From the IMG/VR virus record IMGVR_UViG_3300032242_003291, positions 124,001 to 188,000 of that record: a stretch of 64,000 bases of DNA; one strand, given 5' to 3'. Made by a program: the position numbers and the translations under genes. The notes beneath the pieces are model-generated. The model was given only the letters and a program-made list of their open reading frames with translations. It did no database searches and had not been told where the DNA came from. Below, piece after piece: positions 1 through 8,730 of the stretch; the stretch's first letter is position 1, and the number at the start of each line of letters is the position of its first letter.

Positions 1-367
1 GATTTCTGGTTTTAATATTCCTAAAATGATATTTGAATTTAGTATATTCATCACCTTTTCGTTTATACCCAAATTTTGATATATCAATTCTTTTATCTCC
101 AAAATTTTTAATATTGTGTTTCCCGACACAAGTTCTAGTACAAAAATTAGGTCTATTTAATTTTTCATTTCTTCTTATTTCTGTTAAAGGTTTTTCAAAT
201 TCAATACCGCAGTTTTTACAAACACATTTACCCATTTTGTATTTTTTTGTTTTGATTCCCATATTAATAAATATATGGATATGGGTTAAAAATCGTGGAG
301 ATGATAAAAAATATTAAACTATTTGGTTAATTTAATATTTATCATTATCTTTGTTTAAATTCTTAAT

Positions 368-529
368 ATGAAAAAACTATTATTTTTTTTATTGATTGCT
401 ATGACTTTCAGTAGTTGTATGTATTATCCTTATGGATATTCATATCGTCCTCATTATGGTGGTATATACCGTGGTGGATATCATGGTGGTGGTTCATTCC
501 GTGGATACGGAGGATATAGAAGACATTAG
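368..529 (+). CDS. Small lipoprotein with Gly/Tyr/Arg/His-rich tail (53 aa, below ORF-track cutoff)
   Basis: Hand translation MKKLLFFLLIAMTFSSCMYYPYGYSYRPHYGGIYRGGYHGGGSFRGYGGYRRH; lipobox FSS-C; TATCTTTG promoter box upstream near 348. Confidence 0.7.
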   Translation: MKKLLFFLLIAMTFSSCMYYPYGYSYRPHYGGIYRGGYHGGGSFRGYGGYRRH

Positions 530-569
530 GACACTCAACCTAAACCATTGATTTTAACAATCAATTAAC

Positions 570-577
570 TATTTATA
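570..577 (+). promoter_or_regulatory. TATTTATA motif (putative phage late promoter), representative copy
   Basis: Same motif recurs a short distance upstream of more than 20 genes on the coding strand. Confidence 0.55.
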
Positions 578-635
578 AGAGTATGTAAAATAATTTTTCA
601 TATTTTATATGCAATAAAATTCTAAACAAAAAAAC

Positions 636-1172
636 ATGAAAAAACAATTTAAATTCATTTTAGGAGCTTTGGCATTAATGTTCATTTCGCTTACCTCAAA
701 TGCACAATTTAAAAAAACAGAAAAGTTCTTAGAAGGAACAGTTTCTTATTCAAAAGCTACAGGTGCTGTAAGACAGTACAGTATTAACCCTTCATTCGGT
801 TATTTCTTAACTAATCGTTTTGCAGTAGGTGTTAATGGTGGAATTGGTGAAGATGCTTCAACAAAGAAAACAGTATTAGGTGCTTTCGGAAGATGTTACA
901 TAATGAACATTGGAGATAAATTAAACATTTTCTCTCAATTAAGTGTTTCAAGTAACAAAGCAGAAATTGGTAAAACTAAAACAACAACAACTAACTCAAA
1001 TTTAGGTATTGGTGCAAATTATTTCGTATCTAAGAAAATAGCACTTACTACAACGTTAGCTGGTTTAGTTGATTATAGTGAAGTTCATTCCAAATCTACA
1101 TTCTCAGTAGGATTCAACGGAATTAACAACCCATTAACTACAGCTCAATTTGGTGTTTTATACAAATTTTAA
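636..1172 (+). CDS. Outer-membrane beta-barrel protein, Bacteroidota-type
   Basis: Signal peptide (…SLTSNAQ), alternating amphipathic strands, terminal aromatic motif GVLYKF. Confidence 0.75.
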   Translation: MKKQFKFILGALALMFISLTSNAQFKKTEKFLEGTVSYSKATGAVRQYSINPSFGYFLTNRFAVGVNGGIGEDASTKKTVLGAFGRCYIMNIGDKLNIFSQLSVSSNKAEIGKTKTTTTNSNLGIGANYFVSKKIALTTTLAGLVDYSEVHSKSTFSVGFNGINNPLTTAQFGVLYKF

Positions 1173-1190
1173 TTAAAAAAAATAATACAC

Positions 1191-1222
1191 AAACAACCCT
1201 CACAGAAATGTGGGGGTTTTTT
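1191..1222 (+). terminator. Intrinsic terminator
   Basis: AACCCTCAC…GTGGGGGTT hairpin followed by T-tract. Confidence 0.7.
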
Positions 1223-1251
1223 ATGTAATAAACTTTTACTATATTTGTATC

Positions 1252-1602
1252 ATGAATAGAATTTTAATAGGGTTATTTATTTTTGTAGCCTACACAATAT
1301 CTCAAATTTTTACGTTTTATCAATTACAGGGACACCTGTGGAATAAGTGGATTAAAGAACATCCACTTTTAATGACCATATTTGGACTCCCAATCGGTTA
1401 TGTGGTTATATTAGCCAGTAGACAAATGGTCGAACTGTGGGGAGGACAAACGTGGCCAAACAGGATTATAGGATTTTGTCTTGGGGTCATAGTTTTTAGT
1501 TTTATGTCTTGGTTTATGTTGAAAGAACCAATTACCGTTAAAACATCAGTTTGTCTCTTATTAAGTTTTGTTATTCTTGGGATTCAATTGTTTTGGAAAT
1601 AA
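1252..1602 (+). CDS. Small four-TM membrane protein (SMR/DMT-like topology)
   Basis: Four hydrophobic segments; start moved to ATG 1252 just after TATATTTG promoter box. Confidence 0.6.
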   Translation: MNRILIGLFIFVAYTISQIFTFYQLQGHLWNKWIKEHPLLMTIFGLPIGYVVILASRQMVELWGGQTWPNRIIGFCLGVIVFSFMSWFMLKEPITVKTSVCLLLSFVILGIQLFWK

Positions 1603-1611
1603 AAGGTATTT

Positions 1612-3111
1612 ATGAATATGAAATTCATGGGTATCTTATTAAAGGAGGGTCGTAGAGAAGATTTAAAGAAAAAATATTCAACAAAGTTTAATGAAGAAGA
1701 CTTAGACTTTATTTTGAATATTTCCGATTTGAAAGATTTCAATCACAAGTACACCGATTTTGTATTAAAAAATACAGATGGTGATGGTGAATTGGATACT
1801 AATGAATTAGAACATCTGATAGGTCTCATAAAAGATTTTGACAAGTATCAATCTCAACTCCCTAAAAAAGATATCAATCAATATGTATCCATGAATGAAC
1901 TTGAAAAAGTAATTCTATATATTAGGGGAAAAAACAAAGATAAAGAATTAGAAAAACAAGTAGACAAAATTTATGAAGATGATAAGTTTCTTGTTGTAAA
2001 ACCAAAAACAGAACAAGCATCTTGCAAATATGGTTCAAATACAAAATGGTGTGTTACTCAAAAAGGTGGAGGTCATTTTCAAAGATATACAAGTGGAGAC
2101 CAAGGATTATATTTTATAATCAACAAAACCAATTCTACAAACAAAAATTATTCAAAAGTTGCAATTCATTTTAATGAAGATGGTGATGCAAAATATTGGG
2201 ATTCTCAAGACTCTCCTATGAGTCAAAGAGAAATAGATATACTTAACTACGCCTTTCCTGAAGTGATTGAATCAATCAACAAAGATTACGAAAAACTTAG
2301 AGGAAATGCAACCGATAAAATACTAACGCGAGTTTTTGATACTATTGGTGAAACTTCAGTTGGAAATTCAAATTATTTGAACTCACATTCTGACTTATCA
2401 GTATACATCAGAGGATTCCAAAATAACGATGATTTAGGTTTCGGACATTCAGAGGCTGAAATATCAATATCGTTATGGTCGATGGATGGAAGTAAATCAA
2501 TCGATTTGTATAAAGTTTTTATTACTTATAAATCTAAAGATAAAAAAACATTTACAGCTAGTATAGGATTTGAGGGTAAAGATGAAATTCCTGGTGATGA
2601 TTTTGAAGACCTTGGATTAGAAGAGTGGGGAATTGATGTAACATATAATATTGGTAGAAGTCCAGCAGAAACTGCTGAAGGTGTTAGAAGACACATAGTA
2701 CATAGAGTATTAGACCATATTGTCAACAATCCAAAACTTGTACAAAAAGTTGCTGGAACTTCAAAAGTTTGGAAAGCAAGTTCAGGTGGTTATAAATTCA
2801 GTAAAAATAAAGGATTAATTAAACAATTAATTGATTACTTAGATGCTGGTTATGATAATGGAACTAAATTAGATTTCTTAGAATATGTTGGTAAGCTTAA
2901 GTCTAAAGTTGTGAATGGTAAAAAACTATATTCACACTCAGGTGGTGGTGTGTGGTTACCGTCCGTAAATTGGAGGGGTCAATTTGGAACATTTTTTGCG
3001 GCGGCGAAACAATCAGGAATTATTCAATACAAAAAAGAGGGAAAAAATTTCATAATTAAACCAGGACCAAATTTTGAAGCTTTCAAATCAGGTGAACTTA
3101 AGGCTCTTTAG
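1612..3111 (+). CDS. Hypothetical phage protein (S-x-KYGS-x-T-x-WC family)
   Basis: 499-aa ORF; SCKYGSNTKWCVT motif shared with 35827..36867. Confidence 0.75.
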   Translation: MNMKFMGILLKEGRREDLKKKYSTKFNEEDLDFILNISDLKDFNHKYTDFVLKNTDGDGELDTNELEHLIGLIKDFDKYQSQLPKKDINQYVSMNELEKVILYIRGKNKDKELEKQVDKIYEDDKFLVVKPKTEQASCKYGSNTKWCVTQKGGGHFQRYTSGDQGLYFIINKTNSTNKNYSKVAIHFNEDGDAKYWDSQDSPMSQREIDILNYAFPEVIESINKDYEKLRGNATDKILTRVFDTIGETSVGNSNYLNSHSDLSVYIRGFQNNDDLGFGHSEAEISISLWSMDGSKSIDLYKVFITYKSKDKKTFTASIGFEGKDEIPGDDFEDLGLEEWGIDVTYNIGRSPAETAEGVRRHIVHRVLDHIVNNPKLVQKVAGTSKVWKASSGGYKFSKNKGLIKQLIDYLDAGYDNGTKLDFLEYVGKLKSKVVNGKKLYSHSGGGVWLPSVNWRGQFGTFFAAAKQSGIIQYKKEGKNFIIKPGPNFEAFKSGELKAL

Positions 3112-3343
3112 TCAACTTATTTAAGCACCTGCGAAAGTAAATATGCAAACCAAATAAGAATCCCGCAATACAGTACATAACGAAGTTCGCTCTCCATAAA
3201 CTTCCCGTTAATAATATCAGGGAATATTGTACGGCATCGAATCCAAAAGGATTGAAGAATAGAGCCAGGAACAATGTCATCTCTTTGTAAATCTCCATCC
3301 TCAGTTTCTTTTCTGAAAATTTGTTTTTGAGTCTGTTTATCAC
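3098..3343 (-). CDS. Small membrane protein
   Basis: Two hydrophobic helices; preferred over the overlapping 3117..3353 frame. Confidence 0.5.
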   Translation of the reverse strand: MINRLKNKFSEKKLRMEIYKEMTLFLALFFNPFGFDAVQYSLILLTGSLWRANFVMYCIAGFLFGLHIYFRRCLNKLTKEP

Positions 3344-3428
3344 CGTCGTCCATGTAGGGTTATTTAATCTTTATGCCAATAAAAATTAGCTTTGGTTTGT
3401 TTCAATAAATATCGTATCTTTGTGTTCT

Positions 3429-4046
3429 ATGAAAGTTATATTTTTAGATAATGACGGAGTAATCTGTTTGGTAAATAATTGGGGAGGACGTTCCAAAAAA
3501 TGGGCGAAGTACCGCTCTGCAAATCCTGAATCAAGTAAATTACTCAGCGAAGCCCCTGTTGATGTAAGATTTGATGATTTTGATAACAAAGCAATCAAAA
3601 TCTTAAACGAAATCTTAGAAGAAACAGGTGCCGAAATTGTGGTATCTTCTGATTGGAGATTTCATGCAACCTTAGAAGAATTAGGAGAATATTACACATC
3701 CCAAGGAATCTCAAAAAAACCAATTGGATTTACAAAAAAATTGGGAGAATGTGACCAACCTGAAAACTTTCCTTGGTCTCGCCATTGGGACTTAGAACAG
3801 TCAAGGTCCTTAGAGATACTTCAATACCTTAAAGACCATCCTGAAATCACCAATTGGGTTGCTGTGGATGACTTAAATATGGGAATACCACAAACCCATG
3901 AAACGTGGGGAGAAATGACTATGGATGATTGGGGTTTAACTAATTTTGTACACACACCACTAGGTAGTGAAGGAATTAAACAAACAGGAATAAAAGAAAA
4001 AATATTAAATAAATTAAATGGAGATATCAATAAACGAGATAGTTAA
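3429..4046 (+). CDS. HAD-family phosphatase of the RNA-repair-associated (Swiss-army-knife HAD) type
   Basis: IFLDNDGV motif I, IVVSSDWR motif II, WVAVDD motif IV. Confidence 0.75.
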   Translation: MKVIFLDNDGVICLVNNWGGRSKKWAKYRSANPESSKLLSEAPVDVRFDDFDNKAIKILNEILEETGAEIVVSSDWRFHATLEELGEYYTSQGISKKPIGFTKKLGECDQPENFPWSRHWDLEQSRSLEILQYLKDHPEITNWVAVDDLNMGIPQTHETWGEMTMDDWGLTNFVHTPLGSEGIKQTGIKEKILNKLNGDINKRDS

Positions 4047-4206
4047 GAATAGATATGCAGGAGTTGCTCCTGAAGGATACGTCCTACTTCTTGACAAGAC
4101 AATTCAAGATTTGCAAAATTTTGAAATTTGGAAAGAGTGGAAAAATAATATTCTTGAACTAGATTTAAGAAATAGAATTGAGATGGAAGAAAGTAAAAAA
4201 TCTTAA
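4018..4206 (+). CDS. Hypothetical protein
   Basis: 62-aa ORF coupled to upstream gene. Confidence 0.5.
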   Translation: MEISINEIVKNRYAGVAPEGYVLLLDKTIQDLQNFEIWKEWKNNILELDLRNRIEMEESKKS

Positions 4207-4308
4207 ATTTCAAAACTGGTCAAACTGGTGGTAACCATCTGCAGTGGTGAAAGGAAGTGCACTCCGAGGTATATATCCCACCAGTCCCTGACCTCAATAA
4301 AAACGATT

Positions 4309-4494
4309 ATGAAAAAATTAACAAGAAGCTCATATGGAGCATTAGGTGGTGTTTGTAAAGGTATAAGTGAATTTACAGATATCGATGCAACAATCATCAG
4401 ATTAATGTTTGTTGGATTAATTTTTACTCCATTCCCTAGTGTCATTGCTTATTTAATCTGTTGGGCAATAATTCCAAAAAAATATTATGACTAA
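4309..4494 (+). CDS. pspC: PspC-domain membrane protein
   Basis: MKKLTRS…LGGVCKGISEFTDIDATIIRLMFV…YLICWAIIP matches the PspC pattern; start corrected to ATG 4309. Confidence 0.8.
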   Translation: MKKLTRSSYGALGGVCKGISEFTDIDATIIRLMFVGLIFTPFPSVIAYLICWAIIPKKYYD

Positions 4495-4876
4495 AGTAAC
4501 AAAAAATCCCACCTTATTTGTGGACATAGATGGTACAATTGTTAAGTACCGTAAATTCAGTGAATTAGCAACAGCTATACTAACTCCAATCCAAGACGTA
4601 ATTGATTACGTAAATGACCATTATAATTCAGGTTCTGTGATAATTATTACTACAGCACGTCCTTCGAGTTATGAATTGATGACCAAACAAGAACTTGAAA
4701 CTCTTGGTGTAAAGTATCATCAAATTGTTATGGATTGTGGAAGAGGTACCAGAGTTGTTTTAAACGACATGGACCCTGAAAATCCTATTCAAAGGGCTGT
4801 TGGAATAAACTTTGTAAGAGATGGTGGATTCGAACCGATTGGTGGAATTCCCGACATTAAATCATATGAGTTATAA
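4487..4876 (+). CDS. HAD-superfamily phosphatase (polynucleotide 3'-phosphatase-like)
   Basis: FVDIDGT motif I, IIITTARP motif II, LNDMD motif IV. Confidence 0.7.
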   Translation: MTKVTKNPTLFVDIDGTIVKYRKFSELATAILTPIQDVIDYVNDHYNSGSVIIITTARPSSYELMTKQELETLGVKYHQIVMDCGRGTRVVLNDMDPENPIQRAVGINFVRDGGFEPIGGIPDIKSYEL

Positions 4877-5228
4877 AGTATCCCCAAAAAGACATATAGC
4901 TAAAACAGTTAGTTACAGAATTATTAGCACATTAATTGGATTTTTTGCATTATGGTGGGCAACAGGAGATGTTAAATTTGGAACCGCTTTTGGTTTTATG
5001 GAATTAATATTCAAACCATTTTTATATTATGCACACGAAAGGGCATGGTACAAATGGTTCAAGTTTGGTTTAATTGAAGAAAAAAAACCTAAACTTAAAA
5101 AAGTTCAATCAAATGAGATTGAAACAAAAGTATTAGACCAAGTTCAATCTGAAACATTTAGTGAAGAACCTACTAATTTGAATCAACCAATACAAAAGAA
5201 AGTATTAAGTTATTCTTCCAATAGATAA
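4866..5228 (+). CDS. DUF2061-like membrane protein
   Basis: KRHIAKTVSYRII…YYAHERAW pattern; start at ATG 4866. Confidence 0.65.
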   Translation: MSYKVSPKRHIAKTVSYRIISTLIGFFALWWATGDVKFGTAFGFMELIFKPFLYYAHERAWYKWFKFGLIEEKKPKLKKVQSNEIETKVLDQVQSETFSEEPTNLNQPIQKKVLSYSSNR

Positions 5229-5250
5229 ACCGAGTCATCTCGGTTTTTTT
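5227..5250 (+). terminator. Intrinsic terminator
   Basis: AAACCGAG-TCAT-CTCGGTTT plus T-tract. Confidence 0.75.
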
Positions 5251-5276
5251 ATTTTATATTGTGGTATTTATATGTT

Positions 5277-6587
5277 ATGAGTAAAGACATTAAACATATA
5301 TTCAAATCATTTGATACAATTCTTAATGAGAATAAATCAATGTTGAATGAGGTTGCAGCGTCAAGTACATCTTTATTTGGTGGTGCATCTGTTGTCGTTC
5401 CTGCAGATGGAAGTCATGCAGGTCAATCAGGATGGCAAAGTAACAACGCATGGGACATTAAATCAGACATCGGAACACCAGTATATGCAATTGCCGCAGG
5501 TACTGTTTTAACATTTACTGATTATGGACCAACACCAGTTCATAAAAATGGTAAAACCTTATTTGGTGCTGGATTCACAGTTGATAGTGACAACAATTTA
5601 CCTGACGTATATTATACTCACTTAGGAGATGTAACAGTTAGACCTGGTACTAAAATTGAATGTGGTCAACTTTTGGGATATGTTTTAGACTTTCCAGGTA
5701 GCGATTACGACCACGTACACATAGGTGTTGAAACTGGTCATAACATTAGAGAATTTCTTAATGCTGACGGTTCATTAAAATGCGGTGGAGGAACGATTCT
5801 TGGTCAGTTATCTAATACAAGTTCTGAGACCCCAACAGAAACTCAACCAAACAAAATTAGTACTGACGATTCAGGTGGAGACCCTTTAGTAGGACAGTTA
5901 GTTGCACCTTTATCAAAAATGTTCAAGTCAGGATTAAAAGAAAATAGAATAACTAAAGAAAAATTCTTTATTCAATTTTGTAATGTTTCTGACCCCAAAG
6001 TCAGTAATGGTCAACAAATAAGTGAAGGACAACTCATAGGAAAAACAACAGAGGATGTTGAAGTATCAAAATTAGATAGTTCATATTATAGAATCAATCT
6101 AACTAAAAATGATTATGATTTTGGTAAAAACGTTAAAAATAATCTTGGTATAATAATCATCCCAAAAGATTCAAACGATAAAATTAAAAGCCCTGTATCA
6201 GGAGTTGTTAATAATACAAGATATAACGCATCATGTAATAATCAAATTACAATTGAATGTTATAAGGAGAACGAACCTCAGTATGAACCTGAAAAGAAAA
6301 AATATAAAGGAGAACCTCAATATAGTGACCCTGTAGTTGCGGCACTAGTAGGGGCACCATTCAAACTGTTGAAGAATAAGTACAATAAAGACACTGGTGA
6401 ATTGGAGCAAAAAAGGTGGGGACGACCAGGTGATGGAAGACCTGTTGACCCATGGATTAAAGATGCGGTAACTGCACCATTCAAAAAAATAGGTGATATC
6501 TTTAGAAAAAAACAAAATGAAGAAGAGGAAAAAAGAAAAGTAAAAAAAGTTAATGAAAATATAGATAGAATTAAAAAACTTTTATAA
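5277..6587 (+). CDS. M23 family peptidase-domain protein
   Basis: DIKSDIGTPVYAIAAG, YYTHL and DHVHIGV zinc-site motifs; degenerate second M23-like domain. Confidence 0.75.
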   Translation: MSKDIKHIFKSFDTILNENKSMLNEVAASSTSLFGGASVVVPADGSHAGQSGWQSNNAWDIKSDIGTPVYAIAAGTVLTFTDYGPTPVHKNGKTLFGAGFTVDSDNNLPDVYYTHLGDVTVRPGTKIECGQLLGYVLDFPGSDYDHVHIGVETGHNIREFLNADGSLKCGGGTILGQLSNTSSETPTETQPNKISTDDSGGDPLVGQLVAPLSKMFKSGLKENRITKEKFFIQFCNVSDPKVSNGQQISEGQLIGKTTEDVEVSKLDSSYYRINLTKNDYDFGKNVKNNLGIIIIPKDSNDKIKSPVSGVVNNTRYNASCNNQITIECYKENEPQYEPEKKKYKGEPQYSDPVVAALVGAPFKLLKNKYNKDTGELEQKRWGRPGDGRPVDPWIKDAVTAPFKKIGDIFRKKQNEEEEKRKVKKVNENIDRIKKLL

Positions 6588-6618
6588 TAAAAAACCCACC
6601 GATTGGTGGGTTTATTTT
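6588..6618. terminator. Bidirectional intrinsic terminator
   Basis: AAAAAACCCACC-GATT-GGTGGGTTTATTTTTT between convergent genes. Confidence 0.8.
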
Positions 6619-7242
6619 TTAGATTACTTCAAACAATTCAGTCTGAGATTTTCTTACTTTTTTATAATGTTGAGTTTCGTCAAGCCAATCTCTTTTTCCA
6701 ATCGGACAAACAACAACACTTTCTGTATCAGTCAATCCTAAGATTTCATTATACTTTGTTTTATCAAAACCTTCCATAGGACAAGCATCAATTCCAACAG
6801 TTGACAATGATGTTAATAAGTTACCTAAAGCTAAATAAATTTGTTTTTCAACCCAAGTACCTTTAGTTGCCTCATCCATAGAGTTGACTGCGTATTTCAT
6901 CATACCTTCATACTCAGCTAACATTTCTTTTGGAACTCCTCTTGTTTCAACAATGTTTTGAACAAACGCATCAACATCTCCATCATTAACATTTTTATTT
7001 TTTACAAAAACTAATAATGCGCTTGAATCAGTAATTTGTGTTTGTCCATAAGATGCCTCTTTAAGAGCATTTCTTTTTTCATTATCCATTACAATTAAAA
7101 CTTTATATGGTTGTAAACCAAATGAAGCAGGTGATAATTGGATAATCTCCTTCACTGTAGTTAATTCTTCGTCAGTTAATTGGTATGTAGCGTTAAATTT
7201 TTTGGTCGCATATCTCCAATTTAATTTTTCAATAATATTCAT
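6619..7242 (-). CDS. NAD(P)H nitroreductase (NfsB/NfnB-like)
   Basis: LNWRYATKKF, LSPASFGLQP, IDACPMEGFD motifs. Confidence 0.9.
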   Translation of the reverse strand: MNIIEKLNWRYATKKFNATYQLTDEELTTVKEIIQLSPASFGLQPYKVLIVMDNEKRNALKEASYGQTQITDSSALLVFVKNKNVNDGDVDAFVQNIVETRGVPKEMLAEYEGMMKYAVNSMDEATKGTWVEKQIYLALGNLLTSLSTVGIDACPMEGFDKTKYNEILGLTDTESVVVCPIGKRDWLDETQHYKKVRKSQTELFEVI

Positions 7243-7320
7243 AATTTACTTTTTTATAATGATAATAAAAAACCCCCAAACCGTCAAGTAAGGGGGTTAA
7301 TTTCTTTACAGAGAGTTATA

Positions 7321-7500
7321 TTATTTAACTTCTACTGCTTTTGGAGCTTCAGCTTTTGCTGAGTCTACAGTAACAACTGTAGAATCTTTCTTAGTTGAAT
7401 CTGCAACTACAGCAGTTGAATCAGATTTTACTTCAGTTGATGTTCCGTTTCCGCAAGAGGCTAATGCTACGATTGCGAATAATGCTACGATTTTCTTCAT
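7321..7500 (-). CDS. Small lipoprotein with repeated D-S-T/A motifs (59 aa, below ORF-track cutoff)
   Basis: Hand translation MKKIVALFAIVALASCGNGTSTEVKSDSTAVVADSTKKDSTVVTVDSAKAEAPKAVEVK; lipobox LAS-C. Confidence 0.85.
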   Translation of the reverse strand: MKKIVALFAIVALASCGNGTSTEVKSDSTAVVADSTKKDSTVVTVDSAKAEAPKAVEVK

Positions 7501-7607
7501 GTTTTTTTTCTTTTTTTTGTTAATGTATTAAACGTAATAGATTATAAATATATAAATTTATATCTAATAAGTCAATTTTTATGATATTTTTTTGAAAAAT
7601 TTTTTTG

Positions 7608-7695
7608 CGGAGAGTGCTGGATTTGAACCAGCGGTACCCTTTAGGAGTACGACAGTTTAGCAAACTGTTGGTTTAAGCCACTCACCCAACTCTCC
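7608..7695 (-). tRNA. tRNA-Ser(GCU)
   Basis: Cloverleaf GGAGAGTTGGGTGAGTGG…, anticodon loop TT-GCT-AA, long variable arm, G73. Confidence 0.95.
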
Positions 7696-7765
7696 TTAAA
7701 CTTGTCTCATACAAATAAAAATTCCCCTGAGGATTCAGAGGAATTTTCAACTATTCAATTAATTC

Positions 7766-8230
7766 TTATTTCAAGAATCTTAATTTATATAAGGTTGAAA
7801 AGATTAACTCTTGAACTCCGTCGATTTGATTTTGAATATAAGATTCTTTGACAGCCTTTCTGTTTTTTTCTATATTATCATCCAAATCTTTGAAATAACT
7901 TATTAACTGTTCAGTTGATTTATAATCAACCATTTTAACCGTTTTATATCCTGTAATCAAGTCATGTTTTCCTTGATAACTTTCAACAATACCATCGATT
8001 AACTCAACAATTTCATCATAGTAAGTTCCTAAAGCCATGTGTTCTGCAAACGATGATTGAGATTTTGTTTGCCAATGAAAAATATGGGCCTGACTTCTTG
8101 AATGAAGTAATGTAGCAATCATATCAACAACATCCGCTGTTTCAGTTGTTTCTTCTTCTTTTTTTTCAGCCTCGTTCAAGTGCATCACTTTGAACAACTG
8201 CTCCTTTGTTAATGTTAATTTTTTTTCCAT
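7766..8230 (-). CDS. Ferritin/Dps-like four-helix-bundle protein (phage DUF5856-like)
   Basis: LHSRSQAHIFHWQT, EHMALGTYYDEI…DGIVESYQG, TLYKLRFL; start corrected to 8230. Confidence 0.7.
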   Translation of the reverse strand: MEKKLTLTKEQLFKVMHLNEAEKKEEETTETADVVDMIATLLHSRSQAHIFHWQTKSQSSFAEHMALGTYYDEIVELIDGIVESYQGKHDLITGYKTVKMVDYKSTEQLISYFKDLDDNIEKNRKAVKESYIQNQIDGVQELIFSTLYKLRFLK

Positions 8231-8249
8231 ACATATAAATATATGGACT

Positions 8250-8324
8250 TGGGTGAATAACGGAAATCGTACCCGTGACAACTAAAACCACAATCTAGTG
8301 CTCTACCAACTGAGATATATTCCA
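8250..8324 (-). pseudogene. Degenerate tRNA-His(GUG)
   Basis: Cloverleaf with GTG anticodon, but mismatched pairs 1-72 and 2-71, no G-1, D-stem mismatch, T-loop TACGATT. Confidence 0.7.
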
Positions 8325-8330
8325 ATTTTG

Positions 8331-8402
8331 TGTGACTAGGGAGAATCGAACTCCCACAGAAAGTGCCACAAACTTTCGCCCTACCATTAGGCTATAGCCA
8401 CC
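8331..8402 (-). tRNA. tRNA-His(GUG)
   Basis: G-1 then GTGGCTA/TAGTCAC acceptor, anticodon loop TT-GTG-GC, T-loop TTCGATT; discriminator reads A. Confidence 0.9.
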
Positions 8403-8408
8403 GTGTTG

Positions 8409-8481
8409 AGGTCTTATTAGGATTTGAACCCAAATCTCTTCGTCCGTAGCGAAGCGTACTCATCCATTATACTATAAGACC
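8409..8481 (-). tRNA. tRNA-Arg(ACG)
   Basis: CTTCG-CTACGGA-CGAAG anticodon arm, full cloverleaf. Confidence 0.95.
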
Positions 8482-8485
8482 ATTG

Positions 8486-8556
8486 TTATCCGACCTGGAT
8501 TCGAACCAGAAATGACAGAACCAAAAACTGTAGTGTTACCGTTACACTATCGGACA
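8486..8556 (-). tRNA. tRNA-Gln(UUG)
   Basis: TGTCCGA/TCGGATA acceptor, loop TT-TTG-GT, T-loop TTCGAAT. Confidence 0.93.
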
Positions 8557-8561
8557 ATGTG

Positions 8562-8635
8562 TGGACCCTCACGGGCTCGAACCGTGGACCTAATGATTAT
8601 GAGTCATTTGCTCTAACCTGCTGAGCTAAGGGTCC
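8562..8635 (-). tRNA. tRNA with CAU anticodon, probably Ile2 (lysidine, reads AUA)
   Basis: CT-CAT-AA loop; C4-G69 and C5-G68 pairs typical of TilS substrates; no initiator GGG/CCC stem. Confidence 0.85.
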
Positions 8636-8643
8636 TAAATGGG

Positions 8644-8725
8644 TGGGAGCAACAGGACTCGAACCTGTGAACTCGAAAGAGGGAAGATTTACAGTCTTCT
8701 GCCATTGCCACTAGGCGATGCTCCC
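8644..8725 (-). tRNA. tRNA-Tyr(GUA)
   Basis: CT-GTA-AA loop, long variable arm. Confidence 0.95.
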
Positions 8726-8730
8726 AAAAA

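Noticed and set aside
33-317. Track ORF at window start
   Set aside because: Looks like the antisense shadow of a minus-strand gene cut by the window edge; neither frame could be assigned
4236-4262. Resemblance of CAGTGGTGAAAGGAAG to the SRP RNA helix-8 motif
   Set aside because: The three base pairs closing the GNRA loop cannot form (GGT versus GGA), so it is not called SRP RNA
7714-7750. Terminator before tRNA-Ser(GCU) as a third CTGAA-type attenuator
   Set aside because: Upstream is an ordinary protein gene and its AGTTCAAGAG does not pair cleanly with the terminator arm
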